A DNA stretch of 64,000 bases from Bugula neritina (taxonomy: Eukaryota > Animalia > Bryozoa): NCBI GenBank assembly GCA_964035545.1, contig OZ037771.1, positions 1,499,628-1,563,627 of the forward strand, written 5' to 3'. Under the pieces are notes generated by a model, which was not told the DNA's origin, made no database searches, and saw only the letters and a program-made list of their open reading frames with translations. Shown here in pieces: positions 45,801 through 60,800 of the stretch; within the stretch, counting starts at the first letter, position 1; every line of letters begins with the position of its first letter. Position numbers and translations under genes: made by a program.

Positions 45801-48800
45801 TTACTACAGTAAACTGTCACACACAGGGAGGAGAGAGGGGGCTACTATTGCTGCTTATGACTATAATTTGTAAGGAATTCCAGGAATGCATTTCACACCA
45901 GTTTCACCAGCACAGAGTGCCCCAGGTCTCTGCATGGCATTGAAATTCTGCTCCATTTATATTTCGATTCAAATTTTAAAAATTCTTCTATCAATAAACT
46001 ATTTGAATCAAAGTGTCAGCCTTACGTAACGTAAATAAATAAGCAGACAAGCCTCTGGTACTGAACATGAAATGAGAATGCTACAGAACACACAGTAATG
46101 GCACGTGACAACTACAAAGGGCTATACATTTCTAGAACCACAGGCTTTGAAATTGTAAAAAAGTGAGTATAATATTTGAGTACAGGTTTAGACGCATACG
46201 ATACCCTTCGGCATACTTGGAATACACAACATGATACGAATCTAACTCAAGATGGAGAAGACATTGCTGGCCATTAGAGTGATATTAGATACAGTGCATT
46301 GCTGGCATTGCGAGTCCTCACGTTACACAAACGCATGACTTAGTAGTAAACATCAACTGAGACTACGACTTTCCACTGAGAGTACGGAATGTGGGACGGA
46401 GAGAGGGCCAAGTGTTTGCAGTGTGTGAAGCTAAGAACAACTCAACTCTAGCGTCTTGACATTTGGCAAGGAAACTGACTTAAGATGACATATACATAAC
46501 ATACATAACACTACTCCAACACTTACAGCCTCTTTCTAGTGTCCACAGAACTGACAGCATGTACAGACATGACTAATCTGCCTCCCAGAGAGACAAAACT
46601 ATTCTAGTTGTACAGGAGAAAGAATTCAGTTCTTTTAGTCATCCAATATCAATTTAGAAAAAAATAGAAAAAAATATGTCAATCTTTCTTTTATTTAAAT
46701 TATTAAATTTTAGAATTCACCATCTGATATGTACCTATAAATCAACTCTAAAAATAAAGATGGTCAGAGGCGATCCTCAAGGTAAAACAACTCCAAATAC
46801 ATTCTAGTAATCAATAAAGTCACTATAAGCAAGTAAGAGTCACACTCACTGCCTATGGTCTGTAGAATGCACATCGTCAGGGTGGTAGTTACGAGGGGGG
46901 AGAGACGGGGCTGAATCCTGGCTGTCGGCTGACCCTGTCTTTGCTGACTTTAGCACCGCTGACCCAATACTGGAGCTGCAACACATGATAGCAATATAGT
47001 ACTTGTAATATAGTACACTAATCATAGTAATATAGCATACAAAGAATAATATATAGTATACTAGTAGCAATATAGTACAATAATAGTAATAAATTAATAG
47101 TAATATAATATGCCAATACTACATGTAATATAGGCCACCAAGAGTAATATAATATGCCAATGCTACATGTAATATAGGCCACCAAGAGTAATATAGTATG
47201 CCAATGCTACATGTAATATAGGCCACCAAGAGTAATATAGTATGCCAATGCTACATGTAATATAGGCCACCAAGAGTAATATAATATATGATAAAACAAC
47301 AGCACACAATAGTAAAGGTTCCAACAACAAATTTTCAGCAATGCTACACATGAGTTCACTTAGCAGTGAGCCAAGGAAAGACAATTCCCTCAATTCTCAC
47401 TGGTATTTCACACATTTCAGGAGAAGACGTGTTATCCAACATTACCGTGGCTTGTTTTCCCCACAAGCTTCCCAATTCATTAAAAATTTTAAAACAATAG
47501 CTGATAATAAAATAAAAAGCAGTAATCATATTATGCTGAGAAGGGATTAATTTCTTTTCTTTTGTGTAAAAAGTCTGTCTTATCATTTAGTACTTTAAAT
47601 TGTCTATGTATTATAATGCTGCAATAGTCATAACAGATCTCTCAAAGTGGGAGTTATGCCACCTTTCATGACTCGCTTGCTGATAAAGATGTTCAGGCTG
47701 AAAAAGACTATCAATATACCCTCTGAACCCAACAACCCACAGAGACCCCCCACCCTACGTACGCCAAGTTGAACCCTAGCCTATCCACAGTGATTGCAAC
47801 AGAGGGCACTCCTAGCTCTAAAATTCTCACTAACAAGTAACACAAACAACTTGCCCATCCAGGGTCCTGGCACCTTATCTTAAACAATATTCAACCTCAT
47901 ATTATGTCCCAACATTCCTCTCTGAATAAGTTCAGCCATTATAAACAATACATTTTTTATTGGCTCTTTTGCTATGGATAAAATTCTTTGTTAGATATGA
48001 AACATTTTTCTTATAATAGAACTTATCAACAGTACGCAACCCTTACGCTCTCGAGGCCAACTTGAGGTGACTAGGTAGTCGTAATGTACGCAGGCAGACG
48101 ATAGTACCTAGCAGTTAGTAGTGACAGTAAACTAAGCATAGTCATTACACCAGTACACGACAGTCTAAGTGGCAGTTTACCATGTAATATAATAGGCTAC
48201 GACTGCTGTACGTACACTATTATCAGTGTATGGGTGTAATCATAGAGTGATCAATCAATCTGTGTATGAACACGTCACAACCAACTAGCTGACTAACTAA
48301 CTAAACAACTCACTACTAAGTGACTGACTGACTAGCTGAATAACTAACTGGTAAACTAACTGACTAAGTGACTGAGTGAATGACTGATTAACTGGCAAAC
48401 TGACTGAGTGACAAAATAAAATTGAAGAATATTGAATAAAAAATAATTATAAAATGTCTGTCTAGCAACTAAGCACTAATTTCAAGAAAAACTCAGCATA
48501 ATATGTGATTGCACATCCGTATAGCTGTGATCAAGGAGCTGGTTGAACAAGGTACAGTGTGTCTGACTGTTAAACCCACCACATCATACGGAACACCTGC
48601 TGCACTTTGTAACATAAGCAACAAGAGAAACCTACAATGACTGCCCTCTACCCAAACCCCTAATTTACCCCATGAGTTGTGTGTAAAAGTTCATTAAGCT
48701 AATTACTGGAGGCCCATTAGTGTAGAAAGGTCAGGGGTCAGCGAGAAAGAGAATCTTTAGGAACAGCTTGGGGGTAGTAGGAACAACTGTACCTAGAGAT

Positions 48801-51800
48801 ACAAGTACAGAGTACCTAGAGATACAGGTAAAGACTAACTAGGTATACCTGTATACCATATAGCCCTAGGTATATCCAGGGTTACAAAACCCTGCACTGC
48901 TAGCAGATACAGCCTGAAAATACCCAGCAACAGAAAGGGTTGAGGCAGCGGTAGCAGGTCAAAGCTCAAGGAAGCAGCTATAAATAGCTGCGAGATACAA
49001 CTAGCGGAGGAGATAATATTACATAACAAAAGCTGAGTCATACTAGAACCCTGGCATACAGAAGTACTGAAAGGGTAACTTGAGACTTCATGAACAATTA
49101 TGATTAATAGATGATTTAAAGGCAAATACCAGTCATAACGACTTTAGTTTTCACTTTACTTAGAGCCACTTCCTGTAAAGTGGAGCCATCACTCCACACC
49201 CTGACACGTCCCAACATCGAGGTGTGTCTTACTTATCGACGAGTTGAACCTCCCCTGTATACCTCCCCTGTGCAGTTTCAAATGGAACCATTTTTTCTTG
49301 TTTAGCCTTTCATTAGAATAAAGGCACAATTTGAAAAAAACTTTTGCCTAAAACTGAAATTCAACCCCATATAGTGTAGAAAGCAGTGTGTATTTAATAA
49401 GAAATATGAGACAACTCCCAAACCAAACAGAAATACAAGCATTTTACTAACAAGGAACAATTTATCATCACAAGTGGCTGAAGGACTTCTACTGTGTCAA
49501 CACTAGGAACAAAGTCTCTTTGCATAAGATGTTTTTAGCATTACCTCTGGAATGCCAAAGTAAATAAACCTTAGCCAATGTCAACAACTGGTTATGCTGT
49601 AAGTGGTAATTGTACAGCTAAGACAGTTAGAGCTATGTACATCAGCCAGTATGGATTAGTAAGCAAGTCTAATCAAGTCCAAACCATCACAGTAATATCT
49701 GTCATCAAATTATATGCTTCCTTTCTTCCAATTTACATGACAAAGGCCAAGATAGGAGTAAGCAAGTACTTGTCCTAGTGTACTACTAGAAGCTAAGTAG
49801 AGCTAGCAGCAATAAAAGAAGTATTTGTACACTATTACGTGTTAAGTGCATCATGATAAAGAATGATAGTGAATAAACTCACGTGACTAATTGCTCAGCA
49901 GGCCTAAAATGGTGTAGCTATGAGACATGATGGGTAAAGGTTAGGATTTGCTTTCCCATGCTAAGCTCGGCTATTGGGTTGAAACCGCAGTAGTGTTGAG
50001 GTTGGGAAAATCAGACTGAGATAAAGTAAAAAGAAGCCAACAAACAGGAAACGAGATAGATGGTGAAAAGATTACTCAATGTAGAGGCAATAATAGGCAT
50101 GCAAGTGAATGTATGATGATGTATCAGTGATGGACATGATATTTTCCTGGTTACCAGAGACAAGCACTAATGGCTACTACCTACAGCTACTACTAACAGC
50201 TACTAACACTACACAGGTGATGTGTCAGGTGATGGTAGATAGGGAATTAATAGCTCATCTTAGATACCTCAATGGTTAGATTACAGGGTTGTGGCTTTTA
50301 ACCAAAACATTCCAACTGTATGCCACCAAGCCTTGAGTAAGACTACTTATCACACAGAACAGTTTATTATGAAGAGAAGTATAGAATAATCCTGTTAGCA
50401 TGGCAAACAATACCCCTGAGAGACATTTCCAGCATAGTCCAAGTGCAGAGTTGTAGTAGTGTGAAATAGTGGTAATATTTGTAGCAGCAGAAGTTGTCAG
50501 ACTATGAAATAATTATACAGCAGACACATCTCCAAACACCAAACCCAAAATTATACACTTGAGTTACACATAATATCTACACCTCTAATACCCAGTATAT
50601 CCAGCCCCCCTCACCAGAAGTGATGGGGTGAAGCAAGTTCAGACAAGCCAAAAGTATTACCACCCCCTCTGCCCTCCACTCCTCAACTAGTGTAAGCACA
50701 CCAGGGTCTGCCAAACAACAAATACTTGTAACGCAAGGAGTTGTCCGTCTGTTAGTATAGAAAATCTATCTCAAAGCTGAACTAGCACTCAGAAGCTAGT
50801 CAACTGTCCATCCACACTGTATATGAAGGGCAAGTGGTTTCCAAGAAGCAGAAAGAGGAGTGAGAGATGATTTAGGGACGAGTGAGGTAGAGTAACAACA
50901 CAAATGGGATACAAGGAAGGTGGTGATGAGTGACAAACAAGAAAAGAAACTAAAGAAACACAGATTCAAAGAGAAGATACTATTTGATATGAGTAGTCAC
51001 TTTGAAACTATAGCCTTCCTTCCAGTCAACAAACTTAGAGTTAAAAAGATGTGGGAGTGAAGAACCTACCGTCTCCTCATTAGTTTGTTATAAAATCCCA
51101 GTCTAGACTCACACGCCTCCTCCGGCGCCTTGTTGGTGGTTGGCAGACGAAAACTGGCTCTGTGATGTGGATGCATTTTCATTTTAATGGTTGAAAAAAT
51201 AATACGTCTACTGAGAGAGAAATTCGAGCTACTGATGGTGACTTTAGCTACACAATGTGACTAGAAGTGAAGTGGTCTCACAGGTAACCCCAGGTAAATC
51301 TCTACCTGTATCCATGACTCATTGTGAGAAAATCCAAGTACGGGGCTGAGTAGACAGCCAACTAACAATACGTCTTCAGAACTAACTGCCTAAATCGTTT
51401 CCAACTGAATAGGCATTTCTAATGATAAGCATTTCCATAATAAAAAGGCATAATCAGTCGATGCGAAGTATACAATACCAGCTAGCCACAACGATGTGAT
51501 TGGCTGAACGTGTTGTAAGAAGACATCTCATTGGTCGCTAGTAGTTTTCATTAAACATTATAATAATAATCCTACTTGCCATCAATTCCATCATAAAATT
51601 GATTGATAGTTGGAATTAAAGGTGCAATGCCTGTATTAGAGCAGGAAGAATGTAAAAACTACAAATCCCATGATATTAGCTGCAGGTTCACCTGGCAGCA
51701 ATGTATCTGAGACAACAGGTAAACTAGTAGGTATATACAGAGATATGGTAGGTGAACTAGTAGGTATATACAGAGAGATGGCAGGTGAACTAGTAGGTAT

Positions 51801-54800
51801 ATACAGAGAGACAACAGGTAAACTAGTAGGTATATACAGAGATATGGCAGGTAAACTAGTAGGTATATACAGAGAGACAACAGGTGAACTAGTAGGTATA
51901 TACAAAGAGATGGCAGGTGAACTAGTAGGTATATGCAGAGAGATGGAAGGTAAAATAGTAGGTATATGCAGATAAAGAGACAACAGGTGAACTAGTAGGT
52001 ATATACAGAGATATGGCAGGTGAACTAGTAGGTATATACAGAGATGGCAGGTGAACTAGTAGGTATATACAGAGATATGGCAGGTGAACTAGTAGGTATA
52101 TACAGAGATATGGCAGGTGAACTAGTAGGTATATACAGAGATATGGCAGGTGAACTAGTAGGTATATACAGAGAGATGCCAGGTGAACTAGTAGGTATAT
52201 ACAGAGACAACAGGTGAACTAGTAGGTATAGGCAGATAAAGAGATGGCAGGTGGGGGAGTTAAGTGAAAAATTAGGGTACCGAAAAGAATGCTTTTACTG
52301 TTTTCATTAGACGTATAAAATTTTCCCTGCAGGACCAGGTTGAGATTTTATTCATTAAGCTAATTCTTATAAACTTAAGGGAAGTAGAGAATAGCACTGG
52401 TTCTTCAGAACTTAGTAGCAAGAGAGGCTGGCCCACTATCAAATACAGCACTTTTACCCCTAAACACCAAACCAAGATGTTGAAATAAAACCATCTAAGA
52501 ACAGATTTACACTCATGCACTCAACACAGGTATAATAAAAGTACTTTACAGACAGTAATGTACAAGTATAGAAAGAGATTCAATACAACCCACTACGCTG
52601 CCAATCTGGCGCTAGGGTCAGCAGAGAGAGGTGTAAAGTGTAGAGACAGGTTAGTACTGTGAACTAGGACACACCCAACTGGCCAACTCAGCAGGAGTGA
52701 TTGTTACTATGAAATTGATCAGTTTTTGATTATTCTTTAATGACTTGGCATAATTTCACACATACAGGAATGCTTTCATCAGAAAATTGGACACAAAAAG
52801 GGAACTGTAGTCAATCTTGGCACAAAATTTCAGCCCAAATTTGGGAGAATTCGGCAACAGCAGAATTTTCTAACGAAACATTTCAATATCTTGGAACGAA
52901 GAAATAAGCAAAGAACAGTTTACCTGTAGAAGCTTGTTTCGGGCTCCATATAAGAACACAATGCCGGTATAGAGTATAGTATAGAGTATAGAGTATAGAG
53001 TATAGAGTATAGAGTATAGAGTATAGAGTATAGTATAGAGTATAGAGTAGAGTATAGAGTAGAGTATAGAGTATAGAGTATAGAGTATAGAGTATAGAGT
53101 ATAGTATAGAGTATAGAGTATAGAGTATAGAGTATAGAGTATAGAGTATAGAGTATAGAGTATAGAGTAGAGTATAGAGTATAGAGTATAGAGTATAGTA
53201 TAGAGTATAGAGTATAGAGTATAGAGTATAGTATAGAGTATAGAGTATAGAGTATAGAGTATAGTATAGAGTATAGAGTATAGAGTATAGAGTAGAGTAT
53301 AGAGTATAGAGTATAGAGTATAGAGTATAGAGTATAGAGTATAGAGTATAGAGTATAGAGTATAGAGTATAGAGTATAGAGTATAGAGTATAGTATAGAG
53401 TATAGAGTATAGAGTATAGAGTATAGTATAGAGTATAGAGTATAGAGTATAGAGTATAGTATAGAGTATAGAGTATAGAGTATAGAGTAGAGTATAGAGT
53501 ATAGAGTATAGAGTATAGAGTATAGAGTATAGAGTATAGAGTATAGAGTATAGAGTATAGAGTATAGAGTATAGAGTATAGAGTATAGTATAGAGTATAG
53601 AGTATAGAGTATAGAGTATAGAGTATAGAGTATAGAGTATAGAGTATAGTATAGAGTATAGAGTATAGAGTATAGTATAGAGTATAGAGTATAGAGTATA
53701 GTATAGAGTATAGAGTATAGAGTATAGTATAGAGTATAGAGTATAGTATAGAGTATAGAGTATAGTATAGAGTATAGAGTATAGAGTATAGAGTATAGTA
53801 TAGAGTATAGTATAGAGTATAGAGTATAGAGTATAGAGTATACTGTAGACTGTAGAGTATACTGTAGACTGTAGAGTATACTGTAGAGTGTAGAGTATAC
53901 TGTAGAGTGTAGAGTATACTGTAGAGTATAGAGTTATATACTGTAGACTGTAGAGTATACCGTAGACTGTAGAGTATAGAGTTATATACTGTAGAGTGTA
54001 GAGTATGTTGTAGAATGTAGACTGTAGAGTATAGAGTTATATACAGTAGACTGTAGAGTGTAGAGTATCGAGTATAGAGTACGAAGGTGGAATGTGTCAC
54101 TAGTTTAAGAAAGAAGCAGCGAAGGTGGAATGTGTCACTAGTTTAAGAAAGAAGCAGCAAATGCTAAAGGAACCAAAAAAGAAGAGTAGTGATCTCAAGA
54201 TAAAGAAGAGAGATAAGTGAATGAACTTTAGAAAACATATACTAAGCAATTTATCTTTGATTTGTTTAACTGTAGATAACAACACAGTGTCACAGCTATA
54301 CACTGTAACACTACAACACTACAACACTTGAAAGCATTTTTGTGACGGAATCCATCATAATAAGTTGTCTAGAATGAGTTATGAATATGAGAAAATATGG
54401 CCAGCTAACTTGACATAGTGAATGATATGGATAGTGAAAAAGAGATTGTCGTATAATGTGCATTCTAAGCACAGTAGACCTGATTGATTACCCAACAAAT
54501 GCTTTCATCCTACATGAATAGATTATTAAGTGATTAGTATTAGTACTCTAGTACACTGCATAGAGAGAGTCATTTATCTCTAGAGACGCTTTAACCAAAC
54601 AGGCATATGGTAATTAACTTTAATAACTTGAAGTAATCTAACTGTGGAAGTAGGAATGACTCATTCCAGACAGCGTTTATGAATGATCATTTTTCAGAAG
54701 TTCATTGAGAGACAGCAACGCTAAGGCAGCAGTAGGAAGACACTTTGTCACATGATCTCGTATCTACACTGCAGAAGAATGTTGATGCGCAGAGTAAGGT

Positions 54801-57800
54801 TCAGTTGCAGACAAAACATGACTAATAATAGAATGCTGAAGATGAACGTTGCATCTGTTAGCTGATATACAAGCCTCTTCTATTATAGTTCATCTGTTGG
54901 TAACTCTATCTGATGGGATGTGACTTGCTAATTATATTACTGGATTGTAAAGAATGAAATGCAGTTTATTCTTATCTTGCCTATTATTATTGTTTTTTAT
55001 GGCTAAATGAAACATGCAAACGTGTAGCAATGCTACACAAGAATGTAGAAATGTATATCCAGTTGATATGGATCAAATACCAAACGTAGCATTTGTAGAT
55101 AAAATTATGTTGATGGTTGTTTTTTACTGATAACCCATAATGCAGAGTAAGCTTAGGTTTTTTCAAAAATCCCGAACTCTGTAAATACACTTCCAAATTC
55201 CAATAGTTACGAATTCCCAGAATGCTATGAGGAGAGGAAAGATATTCCATGGAGATTCCAGTGTCAACACGAGTGTCACAATAATATGAATAATAACAAA
55301 GATGAGCAGAACTGGCACTCAATTATATGAACAGACAAAGTCAATTAGCTTAACAAAAACCTCCTCTCTTTTTTAAAGTGCTAAATCAACAGCAAGCATC
55401 AACAAACACAGATAATTAACCTTTAGTCTTAGATAGAAAGTCAATTTTCTCCTGAGCAGGGCAGACACAAAGACTGTGGCAATGAGTTATTAGCTGGTAG
55501 ATAAGGGCAGCTGAAAGGTGTATAAACAAGTGCTGTATTGTCTGTAACATAACTCTGAGCTGAAATAAATTGCAGCTGACACTAGAAATTGTGTGAACTA
55601 TCAGGCACTGGGGCTCTTTAACTTCCCATTTGTTACACCAGCGTGATAGCATCCTGCTATACTACAGTATATTATACTACAGTATATTATACTACAGTAT
55701 ATTATACTACAGTATATTATACTACAGTATATTATACTACAGTATAGTATACTACAGTATATTATACTACAGTATACTATACTACAGTATATTATACTAC
55801 AGTATATTATACTACATTATATTATACTACATTATATTATACTATAGTATGTTATACTATAGTATAATTATTATACTACATGATATACTATAGTTAGTTT
55901 CTCACAATCCACTGCATAAATAACAGAAATATTCTAAAAATAATATTGTATATCATCTTATAGTCTAAATAATCTACAAAAGATAGGATAAAGATTACAT
56001 TGGCATTGAAACATTAGCATTAACTATTTAATGTAGCATTACACTTTACAGATAAGGATATTGCTTTAAATTTTGGAGTTGTATTTTCAATAAAAACAAG
56101 AGAAGATAACTATCAGTTTTAGTTGCAGGAGTAATTAGATGCTTAGCCAACTGGCAGGTATTTACAGAATAATAGGCAACAGGTTGGTGCAACTACATAA
56201 AATTACAATTAGAGATGTTATTGTATTAGTACATCTAACTAGAGATGCTATTGTATGAGTACAGTTACCTAGATATTATATTCTTACTTGAACATTACTA
56301 CTAAGAACTGCTACTTCACGAGTACATATACCTAAGTATACTACTACATGTGCACATCTACTGTCACATTCTAATGTACTTACACCATAATATAATATAC
56401 ACACTTACACCATAACATAATATACTTACATACACCATAATATAATCTACGTACTTACACCAGAATATAATCTACGTACTTACAACATAATATAATCTAC
56501 GTACTTACAACATAATATACTATACGTACTTACACCATAATATACTATACGTACTTACACCATAATATAATATACGTACCTCGAGTGACTTCCAACCTCC
56601 AGATGTGCTGGTCTCTCATTTCTACTTGGGTTGGGCATACTGAAGGGGCTGACTTCTGCCACCTAACAACACAACGTAACAATGTACATGTTATAATACA
56701 GTGTTACAGTATAGTGTATTACGGTACAGTGTATTACAGTACAGTGTATTACAGTACAGTGTATTACAGTGTAGTGTATTACAGTATAGTGTAGTACAGT
56801 ATAGTGTATTACAGTGTAGTGTATTACAGTATAGTGTATTACAGTACAGTGTATTACAGTATAGCGTAGTACAGTATAGTGTAGTACAGTATAGTGTAGT
56901 ACAGTATAGTGCAGTACAGTATAGTGTAGTACAGTATAGTGTATTACAGTACAGTGTATTACAGTATAGTGTATTACAGTATAGTGTAGTACAGTATAGT
57001 GTATTACAGTATAGCGTATTACAGTGCATCATATTACAGTACAGTGTAGTACAGTATAGCAGATTTTAGTATAAGATATTATAGCGTAGTGTATTACAGA
57101 GTATGTATTATAGTATAACGTATTACAGGGTAATGTATTCTGGGACATATAAATCCATCAGACCACTAACTGCTTACACCGAAGGCATCTTACATGTTGT
57201 GACCTGTTGTCTATCTAATGTGCTTGACAAGGTAAATGCAGTTGGTAATTCTTTTATAATCTGTAATATTTTACTATAATAAAGCAATGATTTTATGTTT
57301 TCCTTGATTTTAACCAATCATGATTCAGTAAATAGCTCTCAACCAATCATAGTGAGAAAGTTGTGAAGGCAGCAGCAGCAGCAGCAGCAGTAGTAGTGCC
57401 TGAGAGTGAGACATATACAACAGTGTTGCCAATGGCCAACACTGTATAATCATTATTTAAATAATTAATGGGCATTCAGTGTTAGAGTAGTTGGAATTCA
57501 AGACAATGCCAATCAAGTGACATCACCATGAGCTGCTGTAACTGTTTATTCTAAACAATTTCTATTATTGATTGCTGCCGACACCACAGATGGTCAGTGC
57601 TGATTCTATTTTGTGTGAAACTTTGCCATTGAGTGTTAAGTTGAGTGTTAATGCACTGCAATAGCTGCCACAACAGACTTCATATATTCATTTTGGCTTC
57701 GAATATAAAAACATGGTAAGAAGTTTGATTTCAAAACAAAGAAAAGTTAATTTCAGCGCTGAATATACAGGTTGCATATAAAACAAACACATTCTCTGTT

Positions 57801-60800
57801 TAGAGAGAAAAGATCTCTCCACTGTAGCATGATTTCACCTACCAGAGGTTTTCTCACTCGTGGAGATTCCAGAGGACTTGGTAGGCTCCTGTTAGCTATG
57901 GAACTAGCATCCCAAGAATGCATATAGGATGGGGGCGCCGAGGATACGGTGCCTTTAACATCACCCGTTTTTATCGATGGAGCTCGGTCTACGTTGCTGG
58001 CTCGAGAGTTGGGAATGTTGTGATTCGTGGTGAACGATCTAGCAAATAGAAGTGGCAGTCATTGTTGCAATAGTTTATTATATCTCAGCAGGTAAATCAA
58101 TAACTGTTCATATGTTGTAGGATGAGACAATTCCCAGTTGGACATTACTCAATAAATCTAAGGATTTACGGATATGAAGATGAGCTCAACATAAAGAGAC
58201 TATTTCAACACAGGAAATAATAGCACAATGTATGTAACTTAGCCAATAAATATTAGTATACAAGAGAACATAACTCCAAGTATTAGAGTTACAAATATAA
58301 ACAAATATTATTTGTTTCAATAATGACATTCTCCAACTAATTCATGAAATACGATGTTAGATACGCTTATGAGTTATGTATGAAATTACCTTTCTGAATG
58401 GGCCCAGTGCATAGGCACATTCGGTAAAGATGGTTTGGAAGGAGATTGATGGAGATGAGTAGAGTGTGGTGAGGTGTTGTTTCCATTCACATTTGACATG
58501 TGTTCAGTATTGTCAATGCTACAATCTCGGCTCTTTCTCTTACAGAAGTCAATGAGATTATCTCGGATCACTCGTTGGTTGTCCAAACCACCACGAGTTT
58601 CAATAAGTGAATTACGTCTGCAAACATACAGCACAGAGTAAGTGAATTACGTCTGCAAACATACAGCACAGAGTAAGTGAATTACGTCTGCAAACATACA
58701 GCACAGAGTAAGCGGAATACGCCTGAATAAATAAGAATGACACCACACTATAAATGATCATAGAATTAATTTTCAAGTTTGTACAATTGGAGTCACCTTC
58801 CCCTACACACACATGTACGGGGGGGAAGGGGGAAGGGAGGAGGGGAGGGGCTACATTAGACTTACTGTGCGCGATACGAGCTTGTACGGTCAATATTCTT
58901 TGCTCTCGGTTGCACGCGGCAAGAATCAGTTCTCATGGGTTTGTTTCTCATCTTTACAAATTCATCGGTGCGTTCAGATAAGTTACTTTGTGAGGTGTAT
59001 GGAGATTGCAGAGCTAAGAAGTACAAATTTCATTTTATAAGCATCAAAATTTCCCCATAAAAATATAGGAATAAAAGCTCCATGAAGAAAAAAATGCTAG
59101 AAAGTCAAGATTCCTGCAATGATCGCTCAAAACACTAGAGTTGCATTTATTTATTTATTTGTTTACAGGTTTATTTATGCTAATACATATTTTTTAGTCA
59201 GATGTAACAAAATGCAAATTCATTTTCTAATCATTATAACCTTTTTATCATCAATTTCACTATCACTATTATTATCATTATTATTATTAATTAATAAATT
59301 CCTAGGTTAATATGGTAATAATTTATAATTATTTTACTTCACTTTTGAAGAAAGATTTTCACCCCCACCTAACTTCTACTAATACTAGAACACTCACATT
59401 GAGCTTTGCCAAGAGGCGGAGCAGAGTGGGCGGAGTTTTGAGAGCGATGTGTGGGAAGGACTGGGTTGACATTCACCCTGGCACTGTACTTGTTCGGAGT
59501 TATTTCCTCTCGAGTGGGGCTCGTTTTGAGTTTGTTACCGTTCTCTATAGACGTTTGCCTGCAGTGAAATGATTATCAAGTTAGAGATCAAATGACAGAG
59601 ATGAGCTAGAGATAGCGTAGTGGACAGTTACAAGTATTTATTCAGAATCTATGGTAACATTTGAGAATGAAAAATAAACACAAATAAATTATGATAGAGT
59701 AGGCTATTGCTAGATGTTTGTTGATTTGAGAACTTTTGCTCGTTTAATATATAATTTCAGTTATTGAGAAGTAATTTCCTATTCCAAGCTGCTGCTGTGG
59801 TGACTGGATTAATACGACATAACTATAACAGCTAAACAAAACATTTCAGTCGAAGTTCTCCATACAATTTTGTCTCTAATTTTTACAAACTTGTAACAGT
59901 TTAATGTAAGTCAAAGGCAAAACTTACAATATAATTTGTATAGATTGTAAACATCCATTTTGACTAGTCGAGTAGTCACTAGGAGTCACCTAAGTTGAGA
60001 AATTAAATTCACAAATACTGCTGCAATGGCCGACATATCAAGTATAAGCTTTAGACTTGTGTCTATTGCATTATGGCGACATATCAATATTACATGAAGC
60101 AGACAACTTCTATTATCAAAACAAGGAACTGAATTTTCAAGGCCTGTCAAGTGCATACGATTACCAACATAGAGCTTTGTGAGAGATAAGCTCATTTACC
60201 AAACAATCTACATAATACAAGAATCTAAATTACTTAGAACTGAGCATCAATTATATTTATGGTAGAGTGCAAACGTATTAACAAGTAAAATTAACAAACT
60301 ATCACATTCCATATCAATGACTGACACTGGGATTAGATAAGAAAAAGAGCTGTGTTAAGTAGTGACTTGGTGTTCCTATTCTTTGACAAATGCAAATGAA
60401 AAACACGGAGCTGGTGTTTACAGAGTTGTCTTCTCTATGAAACATTTCAAATATAACCGCAGTTCTTGCAAAGATAAACTGTAACTGACAATTTCGTCTA
60501 AAAATAGCAAGCTATAATTTCAGCGATTTCTTAGAGTATAAACATTTTAACACCCGTACATCAGTACATCAGCACTCAGCAACTAACAGCCCAGATCTCC
60601 AGTGTTTATAGACGACACAACTCTGTGATGTAACTCAACAGTCATGGGCAAGTCAAGGCATAGATTATTCAGTGAGTAGTACATGATTAGCGTGACAGGA
60701 GGGCTGATGGAGTAGATTGGAATGCAGATCTCCAAGACTAGATAGTATTGGATGTCATAAACTGGAGCCAACATATCCAGACTCCATGTTTACTTTATTA

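Noticed and set aside
48047-48107. 61-nt exon-like segment with TACTAAC and gtaagg on minus
   Set aside because: Not frame-preserving and has an in-frame TAG when spliced in phase 2; at most a non-coding or poison exon.
49905-49995. Second tRNA-like or B-box-like sequence (gggttgaaacc)
   Set aside because: The B box deviates at conserved positions and no stems form.
52883-54100. 405-aa Tyr/Thr/Leu/Ser ORF
   Set aside because: Translation of the (GAGTATA)n satellite; no coding signature.
57415-57448. Short palindrome cagtgttg..caacactg resembling collapsed transposon TIRs
   Set aside because: Only 8-9 bp arms, no clear target-site duplication and no internal element.
60583-60774. 63-aa minus-strand ORF as another Shroom first exon
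   Set aside because: Its best donor (GCT|gttagt) is phase 1 and does not fit the next acceptor (59558, phase 2); no other support.
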